Source: the human T2T-CHM13v2.0 reference genome, Homo sapiens. From it: a stretch of 64,000 nt of DNA. The notes below the pieces were generated by a model that was not told the DNA's origin, made no database searches, and saw nothing but the letters and a program-made list of their open reading frames with translations. Location of the stretch: the NCBI RefSeq assembly GCF_009914755.1, contig NC_060939.1. One strand, written 5' to 3'. The position numbers and the translations under genes were made by a program. This document shows, piece after piece, positions 29,750 to 54,339 of the stretch; position 1 is the first letter of the stretch; every line of letters begins with the position of its first letter.

Positions 29750-30384
29750 TCACTTTCTAAACTTTAAAACTTTATCACCTTAGTTGAGGTACAAATCCTG
29801 TTGTAATGGAAAATTTACAGCGTGCTTAATGATTAGTAAAGCAGATTATATTATCCAACATTCCAATAAGATAAAATAATCACAGTGATTTCTCTTTTTT
29901 GGAAAAAGTTTCTCTTATTCTCCTACATTATTGTTAAGTTTTTTTTTTTTTTAAACTAGAGATATGTCTAATATATTTTAAAACACAAAGCTTTTGAGGT
30001 GGGTGTGGTGGCTCATGCCTGTCATCCCAGCACATTGGTAGGCTGAGATGGGCATATCACCTGAGATCAGGAGTCAAGACCAAAATTTTAGTATTTTAGT
30101 GTGTATTTTAGTATTTATTTTAGTATTTAATACATCATTTAGGGCTACATGTAGCCACAGAAAGAATAAATCTGATTCAGTGACTTAAAGAAATATAGAT
30201 TTCATTTTTGTCACTTAAAACGTGCAGAGGAAGGCAGTCCAGGGTTCTTTTCAGTTTCCTGATACTTCCTTAGCCTGGTTTCTATTCTTGTGGTCACAAT
30301 GTGGCTGCTGTTTTTCCAGGCCTTGGATTGCCTTCCAAGGAGGGAAAGATGAAAGGTCAAAAGGCTGAGTTTGTCTCTTTTTAG

Positions 30385-30748
<364 letters not shown>

Positions 30749-30859
30749 TGCAATTTTCATCTTTTGGCTGCAAATAAGTTATGTCACTATTCTCAGCTGG
30801 GGGAGTGTTTAACTCACATGTTGCTTCCTCTCTGTTACACAGGTTTTAAGATTTATGAA

Positions 30860-32310
<1,451 letters not shown>

Positions 32311-32316
32311 TAATAT

Positions 32317-33050
32317 GTAAAAGAAAATAAAGTCTTGGAACGCCAAACCTGTTATGGTAAGGGAGACGTAAGTTTGGGAGCTTAGTCATGCAAAACTGCC
32401 ATTCTTTCTCCCCAAAGAGATAGCTGCCATTTCACAACCCTGTGTGATGGCATTAGACATAAGCCAGGTCCCCACTACCACAAAAGGCCACATACCTCTC
32501 CATATGGCCCCCCTTACAAACTGTTCACAGGGACATTCCCTGCTAGCCCCTAAATCTTTCAGGATCCATGTCCCCCTATAAAATAAGCATATGCCAGTTG
32601 TAACCCTGGCTCTGCAACCTCAGTTTAAGATGTGACACTGAGTTCTATTCAATCTGACACTGACAATGTTGAATACAGGTTTATCTTCCCAGGTACAGAA
32701 CAAGAACATGAGATCAAGCACTCTTCAGGCTATCCTGAGATGGCTTCATAATTGACTCTTTCCTCCCTCTTTTCAAATGTTTACCTCGTCTTATGTAAAA
32801 TGAAGATTTACTGAGCACTAATTAGAGCTTCCTAAGAATGTAACCACCCCTTCACTGCCTGCTCCCCCTCCCTTTCTTCTCTCCTGCCTGCCTTCTCCCC
32901 TTACATACTGAGTTCCCAAAACCCTCTTTGGAAAGCACGGGTCACAGTAGTTTCTGTGGCTTGTGTTTTTTCCGGGGGTGTCGTCAAATTGTAGCTCCAC
33001 AAAGCTCTATAGATGCAGGCACTTGCCTCAGTCGGTGGCTCATTTTTTGT
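32317..33050 (+). mobile_element. ERV1 (MER4-group-like) solo LTR
   Basis: Starts tgtaaaag; LTR-type motifs (atgtaaaatgaagatttactgagc, cccaaaaccctctttggaaagcac). Confidence 0.6.
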
Positions 33051-33139
33051 TGTTTTTTTTTTCATTTAACAGCTATAAATACAGTTACCCTTGTTTTTAT
33101 TTACTTAGTCTTTGCTTTGTCAGTCTTTGACTGTCAATT

Positions 33140-34180
33140 TTTCTTTTTTAAAAATAAATTTTCTTGTGTATAGTTAAAGCTTACAACATGATGTTAAAAG
33201 TTATATATAGATTGTAAAAAGATTCCTATACTGAAAGAAATTAACACACCAATCGTTTCACATAGTTCCCCATTTCCTTGTTGCTTTTGTGGCAAGAGCG
33301 GTTGAAATCTACTCATTGAGCATGAATTTCACATACAGAACAATTTTGTTCCCTGCAGTCCTCATGTCATCCATTACATCTCTAGACTTGTTCATCCTTC
33401 ATACCTGCTACTTTGTGTCCTTTGGCCTCCATGTCCCCAATTCCTCCCCTCTCCTACCTCCCCTGGTAAACAATGTTTTGCTCTCTATCTCTGTAGATTT
33501 ATTTATTTACATTTTTACATCCCACATATAAATGAGTTTATGCAATATTTGCTTTTCTGTGTATGCTTTATTTCACTTAGCATGACGTCCTCCAGCCTCA
33601 TCCATCTTGTGGCAAATGGCAAGACCTTGTTTGTTTTAGGGCTGAATAATATTCCATTGTGTGTGTGTGCCACAGTCTCTTTATCCATTTATCCATTGAT
33701 GGACACTTAGATTGTTTCCATATCTTGGCTATTGTGATTAAGGCTGCAATGAACATGACAATACAGGTATCTTTACAAAGTAATGATTTCATTTCCTTTG
33801 GGTGCATGTCCAGAAGAGGGATTGCTGAGTCATATGGTAGTTCTATTTTTAATTTCTCTAGAAATCTTCATACTCTTTTCCAGAATGGCTGTATCAATCT
33901 ACATTCTCATCCATAGTATGCAAAAGTTCCCATTTCTCCACACTCTTGCCAACATTTATCTTTTGACGTTTTGATAATGGTCATAAGGGGTGTGAGGTGG
34001 TATCTCAGTGGGTTTGATTTGCATTTCCCTAATGACCTACAATGCGGAACACCTTTCAGATACCCACTTGCTATTTTTATGTCTTCTTTAAAGAAAGGTC
34101 TATTCGAGTTCTTTTTTAAAAACATTTTAAAAATTGGGTTATTTGTTTTGAGTTGTATCAATTATTTATATATTTTGGAT
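33140..34180 (-). mobile_element. L1MA 3' end
   Basis: Antisense L1 3' consensus; track [40 protein letters not shown] is the ORF2 C terminus. Confidence 0.85.
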
Positions 34181-34184
34181 TTTA

Positions 34185-34875
34185 TTTTTTTTGAGACAGG
34201 GTCTGCTCTGTTATGCAGACTGGAGTACAGTGGCACAATCACAGCTTACTTGACCTTCTGGGTTCAAACATTCTCCCATCTCAGCCTCCCAAGTAGCTGT
34301 GACTAGAGGCGCACACCACTATGCCTGGCTAATTTTTAAATGTTTTGTTGAGACAGGGTCTCACTATGTTGGCAGGCCTGGACTCAAACTCCTGGGCTCA
34401 AGTGATCCTCCCACCTCAGCTTCTGAAAGTGCTGGGATTAAGCAGTGAGCCACTGCACCTGGCTAAATGTTGGATATTTACTCCTAATTGGCTGGGTGTG
34501 GTGGCTCACACTTGTAATCCCAGCACTTTGGGAGGCTGAGGCGCTTGGATCACTTGTGTTCGGGCATTCGAGACCAGCCTGGCCAATATGGTGAAACCCC
34601 ATAATGGACTTTTGGCTTCTTTAACTGGGAAATGAGGATCGTGACCATCCCTGCCAAACAGGAGAGGAGATGGACTGATGTGTGTTGTGAGGCCCAACAT
34701 GGTGAAACCCCATTTCTACTAAAAATACAACCAGCCAGGCATGGCGAGGCTGAGGCAGGCGAATTTCTTGAACCCGGGAGGCGGAAGTTGCAGTGAGCTG
34801 AGATCCCACCATTGTACTCCAGCCTAGGCAACAGAGCAAGACTTCGTCTCAAAAAAAAAAAAAGAAAAAAGAAAA
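34185..34875. mobile_element. AluJ (-, 34185-34465) and Alu (+, 34490-34875) with internal insertion
   Basis: Alu consensus; see findings. Confidence 0.8.
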
Positions 34876-34892
34876 TTCACTTCAATAAATGG

Positions 34893-36292
<1,400 letters not shown>

Positions 36293-36714
36293 AGCATAGC
36301 AGACAAGCGCAGAACCAGAAATTAACACGTGGGAAATTATACACCACAAATAGTACAATCCATGGAAGAACCAAGGGAATGGCGATAGCAGAATGTCAGG
36401 AAAGGACTTTGTAATGTGTAGGCCTTAGAGAAATAGGGAACTGAGACAAGAATCTATTTGAATTCTTGGAAATAAAAAATGTAATTACCATGTTGGCCAG
36501 GCTGGTCTTGAACTCCTGACCTCAGGTGATCCACCTGCGTCGGCCTCCCAAACTGCTGGGATTGCAGACATGAGCCACTGCACCCGGCCAAGAAGTGACT
36601 ATTGTTTCTCCATTGTGTCCTCTTGATGCCCTTGTCAAAAATTAGTTGACCAGATATGTTTGGATTTATTTCTGAGCTCTCTGTTGTGTTACTGTCAATT
36701 TTTCCATATCCTGC

Positions 36715-37619
36715 TTTTCTTTTTCTTTTTTTGCTGCAAAAACTTTCTTCCCCTTTGGTCCACGGCTTGGGAGAAGGCTGGAGGGTGGTTAAAAAGCTGC
36801 CTACTGGCTGGAGAGAGAGGGTCAGGCAGAAGCCCTGATACCAGGAGGTGCAGAGGAACCCCTCAAAGGCTGCTGGGCTTTGGAGGCCCTGGTTGTGCTT
36901 GTGGGTAGGCTTTTGGAAAAGAGACTGGTGCAGGTGGGCCTGGGGGCTGGCCGGCCAGCAAAGGTAACTGCGGTGGTTGCCCATCATCTTGAAGAGTTTC
37001 ATCTTCCCATTTAGGAAATGGCTGTCCTGAAAGTCACAGAGATGAAAGTCTGTGTGGGCAGATCCCAGGGCATGCGGATCCATAAGGGCCTGGTTCAGAT
37101 TCTTCTCCAGGCAACGGTGGCTTTGATGGCATCCATGATTTTCCCCACTCATCTAGAGATGGCTTCTGTGCACCTTGGAAGATGGTGCAGCTGGTTTTGC
37201 ACTTCCAAGAGACACACTGTGCCCTTGTGCTTCTATTGAACCAACTCATGGAAGAAGCAGCCAAAGCGCTCCAGAGCCACTCATTGTGGTTGAAATAGAA
37301 GCCCAGGGAATGGTAAGTGCAGGACACCCGCCGATGCACATGGACCAGGCAGCTGACTGCAGCTTCCTCCTCGGTGGAATCATTCTGACGAATCTGGGAG
37401 CTTGTGGTTGGTTGGCAATAAGGAGCTAACCTTATTTCTAACACAACGGTGTTGGCTGGTCCTGGAAGCAGGAGATGGCTGAGAAGATGGTCCTGGAGGT
37501 TGCAATTGGAGAGAAGATTGGAGGTTAGGAGAGGCTGGAAGAAAGGGAGTCCTCAGGTCTGTCCTATCCTAACACTGTTGAATCAAGGGACAGATGTGTG
37601 GGATCACTGGGAGTGCTGC
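36715..37619 (-). pseudogene. Ferritin light chain (FTL) processed pseudogene, full length
   Basis: Remnants SSQIRQNDSTEEEAAV, SLGFYF, KPSLDEWGK, LEKNLNQALMDPHALGSAHTDFHLCDF; ATG replaced by ACA at 37405-37403; frameshifts; 5' UTR with IRE remnant; 3' end ttttgcagc plus A-tail at 36715-36732. Confidence 0.95.
37558..37593 (-). promoter_or_regulatory. Degenerate iron-responsive element
   Basis: TTGATTCAA-CAGTGT-TAGGA versus FTL TTGCTTCAA-CAGTGT-TTGGA. Confidence 0.8.
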
Positions 37620-37623
37620 CTAG

Positions 37624-38620
<997 letters not shown>

Positions 38621-39446
38621 CTGATTTTCATTTTTTTAATGCATTACTTATCATCTTTTCTCCCTGACACCTTTTTTCTCTTTTTCCTTGATATTCTGAA
38701 GTTTCTTTCTGTATGAGTGCGTGAGCATGTGCATACAGGCACACACACAACTCTGTACAAGTTCTGTCCAGCTGTCAGTTCAGTAATTGCTGAATTGTTA
38801 ATTTCAGTCACTATATTTTTTATTTCCAGGGATTCAAATTGATTTTTGTCTCAGTTCCTCCTCTATTTCTCTAAGGTCTACATATTATAAAGTCATTTCC
38901 TGACATTCTGCTATCACCATTCCCTCGGTTCTTCCACGGATTGTCCTGTCTATTTGTGGTATATAACTTCCCCACGTGTTAATTTCTGGTTCTGCCCTTG
39001 TCTGCTATGAGAGGCTTCTCTAGGTGTGTTCTCAATGGCAGACTGCTCCCCACAGGCAGCCCCTGGAGACATCTCTTCACAGTGTATCAGCCCAGGCCTC
39101 CAGGCTGCAGATGGCTGTGGCCTCTGCTCGCCTCTTCTGTTCCCCATGTGCATTTTCTTTTTCTTTTTGGCTTCACTTCTGAGTTATTCATTTAGCCATT
39201 TACTGCAGGAGCGAGGTGAGGATAGGAGAGTGCTTGGGGTGCCCTCAATGTCCAGTGTGGCCTGGGGTTCCCCGAGCAGGACAGTGAGTTTGGGGTCTGG
39301 GGTTCAGGCACTATGGCAGTAGGCTGTGCAAAGTGACAGGAAGACATCCACCTTGCACATTTTCTTTTTTTTTTTTTTAAAGAAAGACAATATCAAGTCC
39401 ACAGGGGTCCCCTCTTTCCACTCCATGCTTAGTTATGTATTTGTTA

Positions 39447-39632
<186 letters not shown>

Positions 39633-39707
39633 CTAATGATGTTCTATAGAAGAAAGAGATGTAACGTGGTCACGCTGCCATCTTGACAGTGGAATTTTTT
39701 TGTAGTT

Positions 39708-41921
<2,214 letters not shown>

Positions 41922-42588
41922 CTACTTTCTTTTTTGTAGTTACTCCCTCTGAGATCCCTTCGACAGCAGACTCTGAGAGTTGGATGGGATCTAGTACAGG
42001 CACCTAGAGAACATTAATACCACACACCTGGATCAGAAGGCCCCATAGAAGTGAAAAACTGAAGAACTTCAGATGCCTCAACTGACTTCACAGGCTGCAG
42101 ATGGAAGAAAACCAATTCCAGGGAGCCCTGTCTGCCTGTGTTGTTTGTGTGAGTTACTTAAGCAGCCAGATCAAGGGCTGGCCGCCCCTCCAGGTGATTC
42201 CCAGCCTCCACCACCTTCTCTTGCAAATGCTCCCTCAGTACTATGTAGACAATCAGAGAAATAATCAACATTTTATAGATGGCCTGACATACTCTTTGTG
42301 TATGTGATTTGCTAGCTTGGTATTTTAAATATGCTAAATCCAAGACATGCGTTAAAATTTAAAACCCCGCTAAGGTGTAGGAGGAAGGCACGGCGTATAG
42401 TAAATGTAAGAAGTTAATGGTTCTCATAGCAACAGCAGAAAACATAGTTGAGCTTTTCCCACAAGCCTGGCCTTCATTCAGCATTGGATGTCTCAGGGAA
42501 GGGCACCATCTTTCTTCAAGATGCAAGAGTCAGAGACTGAAGGCCAATGCTGGCACTGCCTCTCCCTCGGCAACTTTCTATCTGAGAG

Positions 42589-42601
42589 CACGTGTGCGCA
42601 G

Positions 42602-42650
<49 letters not shown>
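42589..42650. repeat. (CA)~21 microsatellite with GC-alternating lead-in
   Basis: cacgtgtgcgcaggcgcgcacacaca... Confidence 0.95.
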
Positions 42651-42652
<2 letters not shown>

Positions 42653-42896
42653 GCTCACAAAGGCCTCTTTTTTGAGCCTTTCAAACAGCTCTCAGTCCAT
42701 GTGCTGCACTCCATCTCCCCATCCCCCTTCATCTGTGTGCATCCGCTGTGGTCCACACAATCCAATCCATTCTGCACTCAGCAGCCAGTGTGATTTCTTT
42801 TCTTTTTTTTTTAACAATAACCTTAACACAGATAATGTTAGTAGCTCTTAAGCATGTCAGGAGATTCTCTACCTCACACATAAGAAGGGCAGGACA

Positions 42897-43242
<346 letters not shown>

Positions 43243-44012
43243 TCAGACTGGTGACATGAAAACATTTGATGACACAGCTGACAATTGTTGGGGAAGCAGA
43301 CACTCTCATCTGCCGGTCACAGCCATGAAAACAAGGAAGCCTCTATCCCACCATACCTTGTCATGGGAGTTGGATAACATTTATCAAAGCTAGACACTCA
43401 TATGCTTTTGGACCCACTTCTAGAATCTATCTGATCACACAACATGTTATATAGTGATGGTTATTCAGCACCTTTGTTTGTAAAATAACCTAGGTGTTCA
43501 TCAGTAGGGGATGGGTGAAAAGGTAGGAGGATACATTCATATAATGGAATTCTATATAGCTGTGAAAAACAATGAAGGAATCTTCTACGTACAGACACAG
43601 AATGTTCTTTAAGATAAACTGTTATGTGAGAAGAGCAAGTTGCAGAATGGTATTGAGAACCAATACATATTTGCTCCCACTTGCATAAAATCTTTCTGGA
43701 AGGGGACAGCAGAAACTGATGATATGAAGCCATACTAAAGGAACTGGGTGTCTGTGGAGAGGAGACTTTTTCCTATGTCCTTTACTGTTACTTTAGAATT
43801 GTATTTAATTACTTTTAAAACAGAGACAGGGTCTTGCTATGTTGCCCAGGCTGGTCTTGAACTCCTGGGTTCAAGTGATTCTCAAGCTTTGGCTTCCCAG
43901 AGTGCTGGGATTACAGGTGTGAACCACCCCACCTGGCCTGAAATGTTAAAACCACATTCCTGTGTTACCCATTCAAAATATAACTACACAAAAATGTATA
44001 AAATGTATCATG

Positions 44013-45049
<1,037 letters not shown>

Positions 45050-45125
45050 CATGTCAATACCCACAATGTACCTGATATATAGCAGCCCGTCAGTATTTGT
45101 TGAAGGAAAGAAATATGCCACCCTG

Positions 45126-46990
<1,865 letters not shown>

Positions 46991-48393
46991 TCCAGAGGCT
47001 TTACTGTTCTTCCCTGGGATGCCCTTCACACACCCTCCTGCCTCTCCAGCCTCCTCTGCATGAGCCTCTCTCAAATTCCTCAAAAGCACTTTACTCCTGA
47101 CAGCTCCAGGTCTTTGCACATGCTGTTCCATTGCCTGGAATGCCAACTCAAATGGAAGGGAAGAACACCCACTCTCCCACGAGGAGTTTTCACAGTACCG
47201 CGTTCCCATCCTTCCTTGGGCATGCCTCATTTGTAATTTCCCTTTGAATGGTCATTGGATTAATAGCCATCTCTCCCAGAAAGCTCTGAGGGGGCAGTGA
47301 GCATGTCTAGTTTTGCTTCAATGACATCCCCAATGCCTAGCATGAATTTCATGGTAACTACCCAATAAATATTAGGTGGAGGAATCCATTCTCTTCCTTG
47401 AATCAGTCAGAGTCCCAGTAGAAAACAGATGGTACTTTCAGATGGGATAAATGAGGAGTCTTTAGTGAAAGGACTATTTACAAAGGCGGGGCAGGGTTAA
47501 GTGCCATCAACAAAATAGCCCCTTGGGGCTAGCACCACTGGAGAGCTATGAGCACTCCCAGGCCTAAAGGAGCAAGTGAAGGGAAGGATTACTGGAATCC
47601 AGCGAGGCCTGCAGTTGGGGGAGAGAGCTGAGTGCAGGAGCTAGAGTCTCTGGTAGGACAACAGGGCCAATTCATAGTGCTAGGGAAGGAGGAGAGCTAG
47701 GACCACATGCACCAGCATCACCCTCCACTCCCTGCAGTCTTTTTCAGTATCTCCCACTGGGCAAACCCAGCTGGAGGCCAGAGGGCCAGGGATCCCATGG
47801 GTCTGTCCTCAGAGGTCAGTTTTTCAGGTGCAGAGCAGTGGGGAGGTCTGGAGAGCAAGCAAGGAGCTACCCCATGCAGCCACCACCATACCCTCCTGCC
47901 CTGCGTCTGGAGGAAGTCTCATCAGTACCGTATTATTGCACAATTGTGTCAACTCAGTCGCATTCTCACTTGGAACCTAAAATGTTAACCAGTTTTGTTC
48001 ATATGAGGAAATGGGGAAAAGAAAGAGTTAACTAACCCAAAGCATACTAGGTGTCAGGGACTATGCTGTTTTGCTCTAGTCTGGAAACACATCTGGAGTA
48101 TTTCTAAGCCATCTCTGAAATGACAGCTGCAATTGGCGCCACTACCAGGTCAAGCTTATGACCATCTGTTGTCATTTTCCAAGATTCATATTCCATCTAC
48201 ACAGGGCAAAGAGGGGGCCGTAACGGGTATCCCACCCCGCTCTGTTCCAGGCTGTTGTGGTGACAATGGTGTCTGAGGCTTCCCTGCACACAGCGCCTCC
48301 TGGTTCACTAACCCAGGAGGGAGGAGCAGCTCTTCGGCCCTCCCTACTATAATGGCCCTCATCCCATGGGTCAGGGCAGCCCATGCGGGGACT

Positions 48394-50251
<1,858 letters not shown>

Positions 50252-51213
50252 TTAGTCTATTGAGACCCATGTCACACTTCTAACCCATAGAACTGTGGAC
50301 TGATCCATTTGTGTTTTAAGCCCTGGAGTTTGTGGTGATTTGTTATAGCAGCGGCAGGATACTGATACACTCACCTTCCCCTAGAACCTAGGAGATGGCT
50401 CCAGGGAAGTCTTGCCTCAACTCCTCTCCAGGAGTCGTGTCTTCTGCCATCTGTCACATACCAGGAAGTGGCACTCTGAGTAGAAGTCCTGAATAGCCCT
50501 TCTCTCGGAATAGCTCAATCATTTGCCCAAATTATCTCAGATGTTCAGTGACTTATGGGCATGGATGTCCAATGATTAAGTGGGGAAGATGCCAGCCTTA
50601 ACCTCTTGTTGTTATTAATTCATTATATACAAACAGTCATTGTCTATGGGGAAAATCTAGCTTGGGAGGCTTCGTGGGATGAGCTTCAGACCTGTGGCTG
50701 CAGTTGGTCCTGAGGCTATAAATGATATATTGAACAACTCCCTCCATGTTACAGGTTAAGTTTTGTCCCTATAAATATTCTTATGTTGAAGTCTTAACTC
50801 CCAGTATCTCAGAGATAGGGTCTTTACAGTGGCGATCAAGTTAAAATAAGGTCATTTAGATGGGCTCTAAGCCAATGACTGATGTCCTTATGTAAAAAAA
50901 GAAATTTGGATACAGACACAGCCAGCCTGTCACTTCAGAAGGCTAAGCCTACGCTCCATCAGGCCAGAAACTTCTGGCTGGTGTGGAATCTGGCGGGAGC
51001 ATGGGTGTGGACCTTATGGCCACGTTCCCATTGCTACGCTGCCCTTGCCAGAAAGGCAGTCATGGGTCCGAGGATCCCACGTTGGTAAATCCTTAACTAG
51101 TGGTCCTGGCAAAAAATGCAAATCTATTTCTGGAATATATGGCGACCCCAATCAGGGTGAATTGTAATTTTCAAAGCTGAAGAGGTCTCGTGTAATTGTT
51201 TTGCCATTGAGTG

Positions 51214-51575
51214 TGCTATGGTCTGAACGTTTGTGTCTCCAAAAAGTTTGCATGTTGAAACCTAATTCCCAATATGATGGTGTTTATGAGGTTGGGCATT
51301 CAGGACTTGATTAGGTCTTGATGGTGGAGGCCTCATGAATGGGATTCGTGTCCTTACAACAGAGGCCTCAGAGAGCTGGCTTGCCTCTCTAACATGTGAG
51401 GGGATGGCTAGAAGGCGCCATCTATGAATAGAAATCAAGAACTCACCAGGCACTGGATGTGCCAGCACCTTGGCCTTGGACTTCCCAGCCTCCAGAACTG
51501 TGAGAAATACATTTCTCTTGTTTAGAAACCACTCAGTTTATGATAGCTTGTTACAGCACCCCACATGGACTAAGC
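51214..51575 (+). mobile_element. MLT1A/MSTD-type MaLR LTR
   Basis: tgctatggtctgaacgtttgtgtc...ggacttcccagcctccagaactgtgagaaatacatttct. Confidence 0.8.
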
Positions 51576-52400
51576 AGGCTGGTTGGTGGTTTTGAGGGGT
51601 GGTGGCTGACAGGGGCTCAGCACGGTCTGTGATGCTGACAGATCGGACATTCTGCAGTGATAGTCCTGGCTCAGCTTTGGTGGGAGGAAGTCCATGCTGT
51701 TGGGACATCCATAGCCTCCTTCTCTGCCACCATGGCCACTCTTCACAGGCCCCTTGTGCAAGCCTTGGGCTGCCTGAGGGGGAGGCATTGGTAGACATTG
51801 ACCCGATGAGTCCTCTTGCCTGCCTGGTTGGTGGTTTCATGTTTCTTCTCTGGTGGGCATTGATGTGCAATATCACGACCTTTTACGTGGTGCTCACTCC
51901 CAGGGGTCCGTCCACATGTGGCCACCTTGTCAAAAATGTCCAGCCTTATTCCTTAGACCCTGACTAAGCAGCCAAGCTATTTGCTATTGCCCATAAATAT
52001 AGCTAATCTTGGGCCATTCCTCACTCCATTCAAAGTGACTGACCAGGCGCTCTGCCTGAGGCTCTGCCCATGGGAGGATTCTATTTCTCCACTGTCTTTC
52101 AGGGCCCCCCCGAAAGGAGGCTCCACTTCTTCCCTATCAGAGTCCTGACTGGCATGGGAGAGTGCTGAGGCCGTGTATCTGGCCATCGCTGAAGTCCTGC
52201 TTCTCTTCACATGACCTGGGCCAGGTCTCCTCCTCCAGCTGTAGGAGTTCACATGCAGCCATGTGCCTTCAGTGGGTTGTCAATCAACCTGAGCCTATGC
52301 TGTTCTCTCACCTCCCTCCTGGCTTCAATCATCAGAAATATTGCCCCATTCAGGGCATGCCCTTCCACTTGGCTTCCAGCTTGGCAGAGCTGCAGCCAGG
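51576..52400 (-). mobile_element. ERVL-class pol remnant (RNase H and integrase N terminus)
   Basis: Frame-hopping remnants ALKDSGEIESS, HINAHQ, SGHGGREGGY, QQHGLPPTKA resemble ERVL pol. Confidence 0.75.
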
Positions 52401-52949
52401 GGAGCGTGCTGGAGTCTCGGCCCTCCACTCACTGCTGGGACTCAGGCCTTCCTGCCCTCTGCCTGGCGAGTCACCTGTCTCTAGAATCCCAGCCTCAGAG
52501 TCAGCCTCACAGGCCACTTCCTTACCAAGGTTCTTGGGTCTGTCTGGTGCCCTAGAAGCAGAACCAGAGATAAACATCCCAGTGCAAGTAACTCCCTAGA
52601 GAAGCAGGACAGATGGTAGAAGAGACTGAGGAAGGTGCGATTCCCAGCCTTGCTTGATCCCCTGGGGAGCTCCGGAGTCAGTGACTGCTCAGCGCTTGTC
52701 CCACCTCAGGGTAAGAAGGCTTCCATGTTCCTCCTCCCATTCCAGGCCTGGGGGCAAAGGAGCTGTATACTCCCAGGAAATGCCAGCGTTCTGCTGGTGA
52801 GGGTGGAGCCACTGCAGTCGTGTGAGGGGTAATTATCCAAGGAGAGTGGAGGTACAGGCCTGGAAGAAAAGCTGGCAGAGGGTGCCCACAGGATGGGGCA
52901 GGCAACACTGATGTCGGCTGCCAGGTGGTGCTGGTGCCTTCGTTTCAGA

Positions 52950-53400
52950 GATGTTGTCTGGTTTTCTGGGGCTGCCAGAACAAAGTACTGTGAACTGCGG
53001 GCTTGAACAGCACATGTTTATTATCTCACAGTCCTGGAGGCTGGAAACCTGAGATCAAGGTGCAGACAGGGTTGGTTCCTTCTGAGGCCTGCGGGGAGAC
53101 TCTGCTCCAGGCCCCTCTCCTGGTTTCCGGTAGCTGCAGAAGTTCTTTGGCTGGTAGACAGCATTCTCCCTGCATGTGTCCACTCTGTTTTTTCTTCGTG
53201 CAACTGTCTCTGTGTGTTCAAATTTCTCCTTTTTATAAGCATGCCAGGCAGATTGCATGAGAACCCACTCTCATGACCTCAACTTCACTCAATCATCTAC
53301 AAAGACCTTCTCTGCAAACAAGGCCACATTCACAGCTACTGGAGGGTTAGGACTTTGATTTGTGTGTGTGTGTGTGTGTGTGTGTGGACACAATTCAGCA
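52950..53400 (-). mobile_element. MLT1 MaLR LTR containing (TG)n at 53360-53385
   Basis: ggggctgccagaacaaagtac...ctcacagtcctggaggctggaaacctgagatcaagg. Confidence 0.8.
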
Positions 53401-53494
53401 GGTGCTAAAATGTAAAACATAGAGTGTCTTAAAATTGATGACATATGGCACAACCTGGACTCTCCTGAGCCGAGTAGTAGTTAGCACGTGTCTT

Positions 53495-54339
<845 letters not shown>

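Noticed and set aside
28320-29783. Overlapping Pro/Gly/Arg-rich ORFs up to 189 aa
   Set aside because: Frames within the SVA VNTR and Alu-like domain
36454-37444. 232-aa and 136-aa minus-strand ORFs
   Set aside because: Frameshifted FTL remnants running into L1 and Alu sequence; start codon lost
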